From Myxococcales bacterium (GTDB lineage: Bacteria > Myxococcota > Myxococcia > Myxococcales > 40CM-4-68-19), in NCBI GenBank assembly GCA_045802765.1, contig JBJMQJ010000204.1, positions 1 through 43,280 on the forward strand: a stretch of DNA of 43,280 nt, in the 5' to 3' direction. This document shows positions 27,481 to 35,392 of the stretch, piece by piece. A program made the translations under genes and the position numbers. Position 1 is the first letter of the stretch. Each line of letters starts with the position of its first letter. Under the pieces are notes generated by a model that worked only from the letters and a program-made list of their open reading frames with translations, did no database searches and was not told where the DNA came from.

Positions 27481-28452
27481 ATGCCTCGAAAGCGGCCTAC
27501 GACGAAGACCGGCCGCCCCCGCGCGCGCAAAGGCGTGAAGCTCAAGCCGACCGAGCTCGGACCCGAACAGCTGCGCCTTCCAGATCCACCGGCCGAGCTG
27601 CAGGCCCTCGCCCGGCAGGTCGAGGAGGACGGCGGGGCGGTGCTGGCGGCGTACCGGGAGCCGCTCGGCGGCCACGCGCTGCTCTTCACCGCACTGCCCG
27701 TGGACAAGGTCGAGCCCACGCCCTTCCAGCGCGACGTCTCCGACGCGCACGTGCTGAAGCTGACCCGCGCGATGGACAAGACGCGCCGGTATCTCGACCC
27801 CATCATCGCGGTCCGGGAGGACGGCGCCTACCGGACGCCGAATGGCGGTCACCGTCTCACTGCCTTGAAGGAGCTGGGCGCGAAGGCGGTGCTGGCGCTG
27901 CTGGTGCCCGAGCGCGCGGTGGCGTACCAGATCCTCGCGCTCAACATCGAGAAGGCGCACAACCTGCGGGAAAAGTCGCTGGAGGTCGCGCGCATGGTGC
28001 GGGACCTCGCGACGACGGACCCGGAACGCCGCGAGAGCGACCTGACGCTCGAGCTGGAGGAGCCCGCGCTGGTCACGCTCGGCTTCGCCTACGAGCAGCG
28101 CGGCCGGCTCTCCGGCGGGGCGTACGCGCCGGCCTTGCGCAAGGTCGACCAGTTCCTCGACTCGAAGCTTCCCCAGGCATTGCGCGAGCGAGAGCGCCGC
28201 GCGGCGCTGGTGCTCGAGCTGGACGAGGCGGTGGGCGCGGCCGTGGAGAAGCTCAAGGAGCGCGGCTTCACCTCGCCGTACCTCAAGGCGTTCGTGGTGG
28301 CGCGGGTGAACCCGCTGCGCTTCATGAAAGGGAGCCTCCCGGGGTTCGACGAGCTGCTCGCCACGATGACCAAGCGCGCGCGCGGCATGGACCCGGCGCG
28401 CGTTCGCACGGAGGACGTCGCGCGCAGCGGCGGCCCGCCCGACGCAGAATGA
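27481..28452 (+). CDS. ParB/Srx-superfamily N-terminal-domain protein (DGQHR-like NGGHR motif)
   Basis: VEPTPFQRD...YLDPIIAV...YRTPNGGHRLTALKELG matches the ParB-like nuclease/DGQHR core. It has a basic N-terminal tail. The start is the ATG at 27481 or the GTG at 27475. Confidence 0.65.
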   Translation: MPRKRPTTKTGRPRARKGVKLKPTELGPEQLRLPDPPAELQALARQVEEDGGAVLAAYREPLGGHALLFTALPVDKVEPTPFQRDVSDAHVLKLTRAMDKTRRYLDPIIAVREDGAYRTPNGGHRLTALKELGAKAVLALLVPERAVAYQILALNIEKAHNLREKSLEVARMVRDLATTDPERRESDLTLELEEPALVTLGFAYEQRGRLSGGAYAPALRKVDQFLDSKLPQALRERERRAALVLELDEAVGAAVEKLKERGFTSPYLKAFVVARVNPLRFMKGSLPGFDELLATMTKRARGMDPARVRTEDVARSGGPPDAE

Positions 28453-28507
28453 GCGGCGCCCCGCAAAGCAGGTGACTAGGTTCCCGGAACCGGAAAGGAC
28501 GGCATCC

Positions 28508-28909
28508 GTGCCCACGCTCGCGCTGACCAAGGACACCTTCAAGGACACGCTCGAGAAGGGCGGCGTGGTCTTCATCGACTGGTGGGCCGATTGGTGCGGG
28601 CCCTGCAAGGCGTTCGCGCCCGTCTACGAGCGGGCAGCCGAGGCGAATCCGGACGTCACGTTCGCCAAGGTCGACACGGAGGAGGAGCAAGAGCTTGCCG
28701 CGGCATTCGGGATCCGCTCCATTCCCACCCTGATGATCTTCCGCGACGGGATCCCGCTGTTCGCGCAGCCCGGCGCGCTTCCCCAGGAAATGCTCGACGA
28801 GCTGGTGGAGAAGGTCAAGGCGCTCGACATGGACGAGGTCCGCCGTTCGATCGCCGAGCAGCAGGCGCCGCAGCAGCAGGGACCCGGGCCGGGACGCCCT
28901 ACGACCTAG
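28508..28909 (+). CDS. trxA: Thioredoxin
   Basis: It has the WCGPC active site and the SIPTLMIF cis-Pro region. The GTG at 28508 lies 8 nt after GAAAGGA; the track start is 28472. It has a Gln/Pro-rich C-terminal tail. Confidence 0.9.
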   Translation: MPTLALTKDTFKDTLEKGGVVFIDWWADWCGPCKAFAPVYERAAEANPDVTFAKVDTEEEQELAAAFGIRSIPTLMIFRDGIPLFAQPGALPQEMLDELVEKVKALDMDEVRRSIAEQQAPQQQGPGPGRPTT

Positions 28910-29129
28910 ACCCGAGCGCCTTTTTCACGGCCGCGACGATCTCCTCCTCGTCCGGGAAGCCCAGCATGCGCTTCTCGATGACCACCTTTCCGTCCACGTC
29001 GACGAAGAACGAGCCGGTCGGGCCGACCTTCATTTCGGCCGGGATCCCGAGCTCCTTCTCCAGCGCGGCTGCCGCCCGGGCAGCCCGCGGCTTGTAGCCT
29101 CAAGAGTTGCAGTAGAAAATCGTGACCAT
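28899..29129 (-). CDS. SelW/Rdx-family selenoprotein (76 aa) with in-frame UGA (Sec) in a CxxU motif
   Basis: My hand translation from the ATG at 29129 is MVTIFYCNS-U-GYKPRAARAAAALEKELGIPAEMKVGPTGSFFVDVDGKVVIEKRMLGFPDEEEIVAAVKKALGSRS, ending at TAG 28899-28901. The TGA at 29100-29102 sits where Rdx proteins have the second Cys of CxxC. GxGxFxVxVDG and FP match the Rdx fold. GC3 bias continues across the TGA. The ORF track does not list this gene. Confidence 0.75.
29064..29089 (-). promoter_or_regulatory. Bacterial SECIS-like hairpin downstream of the UGA
   Basis: On the minus strand the hairpin is CGC-G-GGCUGCC / CGGGC loop / GGCAGCC-GCG. It has 7+3 bp with one bulged G and a G-rich apical loop. 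It begins 10 nt after the UGA. Confidence 0.6.
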
Positions 29130-29268
29130 GCGACGAGCTTAATCGGCAGGCGGTGCCCCGGCCATGTCACGAATCCTTGTGCGCCGGTGTGCGTCCAAGT
29201 TGCCCGCGATGTCCGCGGCATGAGATGCAGCGCCGCCCTATCGGTGGCGCTGGGGAAAGGAGGACGCG

Positions 29269-29967
29269 ATGATCGCCGTCCTTCCGTCGTCAGAGAGGTT
29301 CCACACCGACGCAGGCTGGCTCGATAGCCGGCACACGTTCTCCTTCGCCGACCACTACGATCCGGAGCGGCTGGGGTTCCGGGCGCTGCGGGTGATCAAC
29401 GACGACCGCGTCCAGCCCGCGCGCGGGTTCGGATCGCACTCGCACCGCGACATGGAGATCGTCACCTACGTGCTCTCGGGCGAGCTGGCGCACAAGGACA
29501 GCATGGGGAACGGATCAGTGATCCGGCCCGGCGACGTGCAGCGCATGAGCGCCGGCACCGGCGTGGTGCACAGCGAGATGAACCCGTCGCGCAGCGAGCC
29601 CGCGCACTTCCTGCAGATCTGGATCGTCCCCGACCGGAGCGGCCACCGTCCGGGGTACGAGCAGAAGGCGTTCGCGCAGGCGGACCTGCGGGGCAAGCTC
29701 CGGCTGGTCGCCTCGAGCGACGGCGGCGACGGCTCGGTGAGCATCCACCAGGACGCCTCGATGTATGCGGGCCTCCTCGAGCCGGGCGATTGCGTCTCCC
29801 AGCAGCTGCGCGCTGGCCGCCATGCCTGGGTCCACGTCGCGCGCGGCTCGGTGGACCTGAACGGGAAGACGTTGCGCGAGGGCGACGGCGCCGCGATTTC
29901 CGACGAGCCGCGCCTCGACCTGACCGCCAACGACAGCTCGGAGATCCTGCTCTTCGACCTCGCCTAG
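29269..29967 (+). CDS. Pirin-family protein (bicupin)
   Basis: The metal-binding cupin motif is HSHRDMEIVTYVLSGE...H...E, with WLDSRHTFSF at the N-terminus. A strong RBS GGAAAGGAGGA lies upstream. Confidence 0.9.
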   Translation: MIAVLPSSERFHTDAGWLDSRHTFSFADHYDPERLGFRALRVINDDRVQPARGFGSHSHRDMEIVTYVLSGELAHKDSMGNGSVIRPGDVQRMSAGTGVVHSEMNPSRSEPAHFLQIWIVPDRSGHRPGYEQKAFAQADLRGKLRLVASSDGGDGSVSIHQDASMYAGLLEPGDCVSQQLRAGRHAWVHVARGSVDLNGKTLREGDGAAISDEPRLDLTANDSSEILLFDLA

Positions 29968-31481
29968 ACGGCCTCCACGTCCTCGTCGACACGGAAGCCG
30001 GCGCGTTCCAGGGACTGGCGCAGGTCGGCCTTGTGGACGGCCTTGGAGAGGGCGTCCTTGGGAAGGACTTGCTTCGAGCGGACCAGCTCGAGCAGCGCGT
30101 CGTTCATCGTCTGCATGCCGGCGCCCCGCGCCGTCTGCATGATCGAGGCGATCTGGAAGGTCTTTCCCTCGCGGATGAGATTCGAGACCGCGCTGTTGCA
30201 GAGCAGCACTTCCTGCGCCGCCACGCGCCCGCCGCCGATCTTCTTGCACAACATCTGGGTGATGACGCCCTTGAGCGACTCGCTCAGCATGGTGCGGATC
30301 TGCTCCTGCCGGTCGGCGGGGAACTGATCGATGATGCGGTCCACGGTGCTCGGCGCCGTGTTGGTGTGCAGGGTCCCGAAGACCAGGTGGCCGGTCTCGG
30401 CCGTCTCCAGCGCGATGGAGATGGTCTCCAGGTCGCGCATCTCGCCGACCAGCACGATGTCGGGGTCCTCGCGCAGCGCGGCGCGGAGCGCGTGCTTGAA
30501 GCTCTGGGTATGCACGCGGATCTCGCGCTGGTTCACCAGGCACTTCTTGTTCGGATGCACGAACTCGATCGGGTCCTCGATGGTGATGATGTGGTCGCTC
30601 CGGGTGCGGTTGACGTAATCGATCATCGCCGCGAGGGTCGTCGACTTGCCCGATCCGGTGGGGCCCGTCACCAGCACCAGTCCCTTCGCCAGGTGGCACA
30701 GCTCGAGAAGGTGCGGCGAAAGGCCCATTTCTTCCGCGGAGCGGATCTGGTTGGGGATCACGCGCAGCACGGCGCCGATGCCGCGGCGATCGGCGAACAC
30801 GTTGACGCGGAACCGGGCGGCCTCCGTCTCGTGGGCGAAGTCGGTGTCCTTGATCTGCTCCCACTCCTGGCGGTTCTTCTCCGGCGCGATGGACCAGATC
30901 ATCTCGCGCAAGCGGGAAGGGTCTGGCGCGCCGTGGCCTGCGAGCGGCACCACGTCGCCGTCCTTGCGCAAGCATGGGTCGCAGCCGCTGGACAGGTGGA
31001 GGTCGGAGGCACGGTGCTCGAGCATCAGGTCGAGTAGCTGCGCCATCGCCGCCGCCGGGTCCTCGGGAGCCGGCATGGCCTGGATCCCGTGGGCCTCCTC
31101 GCCGGTCGCCGGACGCCGTGCGATGGCGAGCTTCGGCGCAGCCGCCGCCTCGGCGGGCCTTCCACGCGCATCCTTCCGCGCCTGCGCGACCGCGATGACG
31201 CCCGAGACGCGATCGCGGCCCGAGTCGAACCGGATGGTCACTTCGCCGGACGGCGCGAGGTAGCGGAACTTCAGCGCACCGTGACCCGGAAAAGCGCCCT
31301 TCAGCTCGGGCGGGACGAGCTCGCTGAAGGCGCCGATGATCTGCGCGGTGGTGAGGGACTGCCGCAGCACCGGACGGGAGCCGGAAACGGTGCGCAGCAG
31401 CGCGCCCGTGCCCGTCTCCATGATGAGCTCGCTGCCCGGTTCCTTGAAGAGCAGATCGATGTAGGCGTCCAGGCGCGGCAA
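29964..31481 (-). CDS. PilT-family type IV pilus retraction ATPase paralogue with a ~140-aa N-terminal extension (505 aa)
   Basis: It has Walker A GPTGSGKST, the Asp box/Walker B DPDIVLVGEMRD, the His box TGHLVFGTLHT and the AIRNLIREgK-like SAVSNLIREGK. The start is TTG at 31481, 7 nt after GGAGG. The extension resembles a degenerate second PilT N-domain. Confidence 0.85.
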   Translation of the reverse strand: MPRLDAYIDLLFKEPGSELIMETGTGALLRTVSGSRPVLRQSLTTAQIIGAFSELVPPELKGAFPGHGALKFRYLAPSGEVTIRFDSGRDRVSGVIAVAQARKDARGRPAEAAAAPKLAIARRPATGEEAHGIQAMPAPEDPAAAMAQLLDLMLEHRASDLHLSSGCDPCLRKDGDVVPLAGHGAPDPSRLREMIWSIAPEKNRQEWEQIKDTDFAHETEAARFRVNVFADRRGIGAVLRVIPNQIRSAEEMGLSPHLLELCHLAKGLVLVTGPTGSGKSTTLAAMIDYVNRTRSDHIITIEDPIEFVHPNKKCLVNQREIRVHTQSFKHALRAALREDPDIVLVGEMRDLETISIALETAETGHLVFGTLHTNTAPSTVDRIIDQFPADRQEQIRTMLSESLKGVITQMLCKKIGGGRVAAQEVLLCNSAVSNLIREGKTFQIASIMQTARGAGMQTMNDALLELVRSKQVLPKDALSKAVHKADLRQSLERAGFRVDEDVEAV

Positions 31482-31505
31482 GTCGGAACCTCCGGTCGCG
31501 AGCGG

Positions 31506-31961
31506 TCAGCGGAGCGTCACGCGCTGCACGTGGCGCTTGTTCACGAGCGCGATCCGCTCGCCCTCCACCAGCGCGAGGAACGGCGCGGGGTCGTTGAGAT
31601 AGTCGACCACGCGGCAGTTCTCGACCGGCAGCACGTAGCTGATGAGGCCGGTGAGCACCTGCCCGTTGGTGAGCACGACCTCCACCTCGTGCTCGAGCGG
31701 CAGGTTCAATTCGTCCACGTCCCAGAGCGGCCCGTCGACGCGGGCGACCGCGATGGACGAGCGGGCGAGGAACGTCATTGCCTCGGCCTTGCAGTCGATG
31801 GCCGGCAGGAACTCGCGCGGCCCGTTGAGCAGATCGCAGACGCGTTCCGGCCCGCCGTGACTGGTGCGCTCGGCGAGGAACACCGAGAAGAGGCGCGTCT
31901 CGCCGTCGCGCCCGGTCACCTCGACGTCGCCGCGATGCTTGGGGATGCGCAGCCGATCCAC
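31506..31961 (-). CDS. Hypothetical protein, likely co-transcribed with the PilT paralogue
   Basis: A GTG start at 31961 gives a 151-aa ORF with good GC3 bias. It ends 24 nt before the pilT-like start. No secure family motif was found. Confidence 0.5.
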   Translation of the reverse strand: MDRLRIPKHRGDVEVTGRDGETRLFSVFLAERTSHGGPERVCDLLNGPREFLPAIDCKAEAMTFLARSSIAVARVDGPLWDVDELNLPLEHEVEVVLTNGQVLTGLISYVLPVENCRVVDYLNDPAPFLALVEGERIALVNKRHVQRVTLR

Positions 31962-32019
31962 GGCTCGGCTGATCGGCCGCCCTGCGGCAGGCTTGAGCGC
32001 CCATGCTTACGCTAGGTGG

Positions 32020-32802
32020 GTGAACGTGGTCGCCCTGCTTCTACTCGTCGCCGCGCTGCCGGCCACGGCGGTCGAGACGCGCTGGATCGAAGGGACGCTG
32101 CGCGGGTTCCCGGTCGTGCGCGACGCCGACGGTCACCCGATCGGCGAAGGGACGCTCACCCAGTCCATCGAGCAAGGGAAGCTGCACTCGCAAGGGATCT
32201 TCGACCTGCGCGACGGCCGCCGCATCCGCGAGGAGACGGTCCTCGAGCAACGGCCCCGGCTCCGCCAGGTTTCGTGGACGTGGGAGGAGACCCGGGGCGG
32301 CGAGGTGCTTCGCCGGTTCGCCGTCGACCTGACCACCGGCCACGCCACCGCGCGCAAGCGCAACGGAGACGGCGTCGATACCTGGGACGATCATCTCGAC
32401 GGCACCCGCGACGCGTTCGCGGGTGTCGGGTTCATGTATGCGCTCAAGAACTTGAGCGAGCGGCTCGACAAAGGCGAGAAGATAAAGCTGACCGCGGTGG
32501 TCTTCACGACCAAGCCCCGCACGGTGACGGTCACCGTCTCGCGCGACCAGGTGGGCGAGCTCGCCATGGGAGGCCGCCGGCTTCCGGCGGCGCGGTACGT
32601 GGTCCATCCCGAGGTCCCCTGGTTCGCCCGGCTGTTCGTCAAGGCGCCCGACCAATACCTCTGGTACTACCGGCCGGACCCTCCCGCGTTCCTGCGGGCG
32701 GACATTCCGGTGGCGGAGCCGGGCGACCCGATCATCCGCATCGAGCTGATCCCGGGAACGGAATCCCGGGCGGTGGGACGTACGCCGCGACGCCACAGGT
32801 AG
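32020..32802 (+). CDS. Secreted hypothetical protein
   Basis: A GTG at 32020 inside ORF 31864..32802 gives VNVVALLLLVAALPATAVE (signal peptide). The remainder looks beta-rich. The family was not recognised. Confidence 0.5.
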   Translation: MNVVALLLLVAALPATAVETRWIEGTLRGFPVVRDADGHPIGEGTLTQSIEQGKLHSQGIFDLRDGRRIREETVLEQRPRLRQVSWTWEETRGGEVLRRFAVDLTTGHATARKRNGDGVDTWDDHLDGTRDAFAGVGFMYALKNLSERLDKGEKIKLTAVVFTTKPRTVTVTVSRDQVGELAMGGRRLPAARYVVHPEVPWFARLFVKAPDQYLWYYRPDPPAFLRADIPVAEPGDPIIRIELIPGTESRAVGRTPRRHR

Positions 32803-32826
32803 CCGGCCGCCGCCGACGGGCGCGCC

Positions 32827-33579
32827 TCATCGCACCGATGCCGCGGCGTGCGCGGAGCTGGCGGGAAGCTGCTCGAGCAGCTCGGACAGATCGAGGGCGT
32901 CCTGGACCGCATGTCCGTGGGTATCGTTGTTGAAGTAGACGTACGAGTCGCGTCCGTATCCCTTCAGGTCGCGGGCCCACCTGCGCAGCGCCGTGCGCCC
33001 GTACCGGCCGCGATACTTGCCCGTCGCTCCGTGGAAGCGGACGTACCGCCACCCAGCGGTGTGGGCCGGCGGAGCCCGATCGACCAGGTCGTGCTCGCAG
33101 AATGCGGCGCGGTGCCGGTCGAGCACCTCGCACACTTCGTCCGTGTACCAGGCGGCGCTGCGGAACTCGACGGCGTGGCGGAGATCCTGGGGCACGCTGG
33201 CGAGGAAGTCGTCGAGACGCGGCAGATCGGGCCGGTTCATCTGCGGCGGCAGCTGCCAGAGGATGGGGCCCAGCTTGGGACCGAGCCGAAGCGCAAGCTC
33301 GAAGTAGCGCTGGAGCCCCGGGCGGGGATCCTTCAGGCGCTTCATATGCGTGATGTAGCGGCTGCCCTTGCAGGCGAACAGGAATCCGCGCGGCGTGCGC
33401 TCCCGCCAGCCGTCGACCATGGAAGCGCTCGGCAGGCGATAGAAGGTGGCGTTCAGCTCGACCGTGTCGAACACCTGCGCATACCGCTCCAGCCAGCCCG
33501 CCGCCGGAACTCCCTCGTAGAGCAGGTCCCGCCAGTGCTTGTAGACATACCCACTGGTCCCGACCCTGATCCGCCCCAT
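32827..33579 (-). CDS. DUF72 (YecE-like) family protein
   Basis: IRVGTSGYVYKHW, FDTVELNATFYRLP, WQLPP and YVYFNND are typical DUF72 blocks. Confidence 0.85.
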   Translation of the reverse strand: MGRIRVGTSGYVYKHWRDLLYEGVPAAGWLERYAQVFDTVELNATFYRLPSASMVDGWRERTPRGFLFACKGSRYITHMKRLKDPRPGLQRYFELALRLGPKLGPILWQLPPQMNRPDLPRLDDFLASVPQDLRHAVEFRSAAWYTDEVCEVLDRHRAAFCEHDLVDRAPPAHTAGWRYVRFHGATGKYRGRYGRTALRRWARDLKGYGRDSYVYFNNDTHGHAVQDALDLSELLEQLPASSAHAAASVR

Positions 33580-33600
33580 CCACCAGATCTAGCCACTGAT

Positions 33601-33712
33601 CGGACCAAACCACTGCACCACAGAGCACACGGAGCACACTGAGACGGGGTTTTTTCAAAAACCCTAGAACTCCGTGTGCTCGGTGTGCTCCGTGGTGTAA
33701 TTGTTTTGGACC
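33601..33712. repeat. AT-richer intergenic imperfect palindrome (REP/MITE-like element or long terminator hairpin)
   Basis: Positions 33616-33639 pair with 33674-33697 (24 positions, 2 mismatches). The arms are built from tandem GAGCACAC 9-mers. The inner stem is GGGTTT/AAACCC around 33647-33664. The outer CCAAAC/GTTTTGG flanks are also complementary. Confidence 0.6.
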
Positions 33713-33735
33713 GTCTGGCGGCGCGTGAATCGCTT

Positions 33736-34719
33736 CTAGCCTGCCACGCCGAGGTGCTTGGCAAAGGTGGGGGCGTCGATGTTCGCGCCGCAGACGATCA
33801 CGGCGACGCGCTTGCCGGAGAGCGTTTCGCGCAGCGGGCCGCATAGGGCGGCAGTGGCGGCGGCGCCGGCCGGCTCGACGGCGAGCTTCGCGGAGCGGAA
33901 GAGGAGCGCCATGGCGGAACGGAGCGCGTCGTCGTCCACCTTGACGAGCCGGTCGACGTAGCGGCGGCAGAGGGCGAAGCTGTACGGCGCGGCGTGCGGC
34001 GCACCGAGGCTGTCCGCGATGGTCCGGACGACGTCGATCGACTCGGGCTTGCCGCTCGCGAAGCTGCGGTGCATCGAGTCCGCGCCCACCGGCTCGACGC
34101 CGTAGACGGCGGAGCGCGGGACGAGCTGCTTCACGGCCGAGGCGACGCCGGCGCACAGCCCTCCTCCGCCGATGGGAACGATCACCGCGTCCAGCTCGCG
34201 CGCCTGCTCGCACATCTCCATGCCCAGCGTCGCCGTTCCGAGCGCCACGAGAGGGCCCTCGAAGGGGTGGATGAAGGCGCGCCCTTCCCGCTCCTCGATC
34301 TCGCGCACCCGGGTGAACGCCCGGTGCACGTCCTCGACCAGCTCGACCTCCGCTCCGTACTCGCGGCAACCCTGCACGCGCGCGGGATTGGCCGTCCGCG
34401 GCATGACCACCTTGGCGGAAGTACCGAGGGCACGCGCGGCGTACCCCACCGCCATCGCGTGGTTGCCGGCGCTCACCGCGGTGACGCCGCGCCGCAGCGC
34501 ATCGGGGGCGAGGTCCATCATGGAGGACAGCGCGCCGCGCGGCTTGAAGCTCCCGGCGTGCTGGAACAGCTCGAGCTTGAGGAGGACCTGGGTGCCGCGG
34601 CCCGCCGCCTGCTCGACCGCGTCGCCCTGCCAGCGCCACAGCGGCGTCTCCACGACGAGGTCGCGGAGCTTCTCGCGGGCGGCGCGGATCTGCTCGAGCG
34701 TCGGCGCCGCCGCTTCCAT
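33736..34719 (-). CDS. PLP-dependent threonine/serine dehydratase-family enzyme
   Basis: It has the PLP-lysine motif HAGSFKPRGA, SAGNHA and a GGGGL phosphate-binding loop. At 327 aa it has no ACT regulatory domain. Confidence 0.85.
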   Translation of the reverse strand: MEAAAPTLEQIRAAREKLRDLVVETPLWRWQGDAVEQAAGRGTQVLLKLELFQHAGSFKPRGALSSMMDLAPDALRRGVTAVSAGNHAMAVGYAARALGTSAKVVMPRTANPARVQGCREYGAEVELVEDVHRAFTRVREIEEREGRAFIHPFEGPLVALGTATLGMEMCEQARELDAVIVPIGGGGLCAGVASAVKQLVPRSAVYGVEPVGADSMHRSFASGKPESIDVVRTIADSLGAPHAAPYSFALCRRYVDRLVKVDDDALRSAMALLFRSAKLAVEPAGAAATAALCGPLRETLSGKRVAVIVCGANIDAPTFAKHLGVAG

Positions 34720-34753
34720 GGCCGCATCCTACGACGTGCATACGTTTGCCGTC

Positions 34754-35386
34754 ATGGGACGCGCCCTCGAGGTGCCGACCGCGGCGCCGCTCATCCCTCC
34801 CCACCCGACGCTTCCGCTGCTCCGCGAGATCGCCGCGGACTGCCGCGCCTGCGACCTCTACAAGTGCGGCACCCAGACGGTCTTCGGGGAAGGGGGCAGA
34901 TCGGCGCACGCCATGATGGTCGGCGAGCAGCCGGGCGACTCCGAGGACCGCGCCGGACGCCCCTTCGTCGGCCCCGCCGGCAAGATGCTCGATCGCGCCC
35001 TGCTGGAGGCCGGCATCGATCGCGATCTCGTCTACGTGACGAACGTGGTCAAGCATTTCAAGTGGGAGGCGCGCGGCAAGCGGCGCATCCACGAGAAGCC
35101 CAATGCGCGCGAGATCGCGGCCTGCCGTCCGTGGCTCGACGCGGAGCTCGCGCTGGTCAAGCCGCGGGTGCTGGTCTGCCTCGGCGCCACCGCCGCGCAG
35201 GCGCTGTTGGGAAGGACGTTCAAGGTGACCGTGCACCGCGGCGAGCTTCTCCGGTCGGAGCTCGCGCCCTACGTGATGGCGACGGTGCACCCCAGCTCGC
35301 TGTTGCGCGCGCCGGACGACGAGACGCGGAGGCGCGAGACGCAGCGCTTCATCCAGGACCTCGCCCGGATCGCCCCTCTCCTCTAG
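34754..35386 (+). CDS. udgX: Family-4-like uracil-DNA glycosylase of the UdgX type
   Basis: An internal ATG at 34754 is used. It has the Fe-S Cys pattern CRACDLYKC, motif A GEQPG, the UdgX-specific insertion HFKWEARGKRRIHEKP (KRRIH) and motif B HPSSLLR. Confidence 0.8.
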   Translation: MGRALEVPTAAPLIPPHPTLPLLREIAADCRACDLYKCGTQTVFGEGGRSAHAMMVGEQPGDSEDRAGRPFVGPAGKMLDRALLEAGIDRDLVYVTNVVKHFKWEARGKRRIHEKPNAREIAACRPWLDAELALVKPRVLVCLGATAAQALLGRTFKVTVHRGELLRSELAPYVMATVHPSSLLRAPDDETRRRETQRFIQDLARIAPLL

Positions 35387-35392
35387 ACGAGA

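Noticed and set aside
26518-28608. A 696-aa minus-strand ORF spanning the MBL and ParB-like region.
   Set aside because: Its translation is Arg/Pro/Gly-rich nonsense. It is out of frame with the MBL motifs and antisense to the ParB-like gene. It matters only because its stop is the nearest stop for the frameshifted MBL gene.
28906-29221. Track ORFs 28906..29103(-), 29030..29221(-) and 28582..29097(+) in the trx-pirin gap.
   Set aside because: Their compositions are low-complexity and unconserved-looking. The third minus frame gives a coherent Rdx/SelW-like protein once TGA is read as Sec, so these are the wrong frames.
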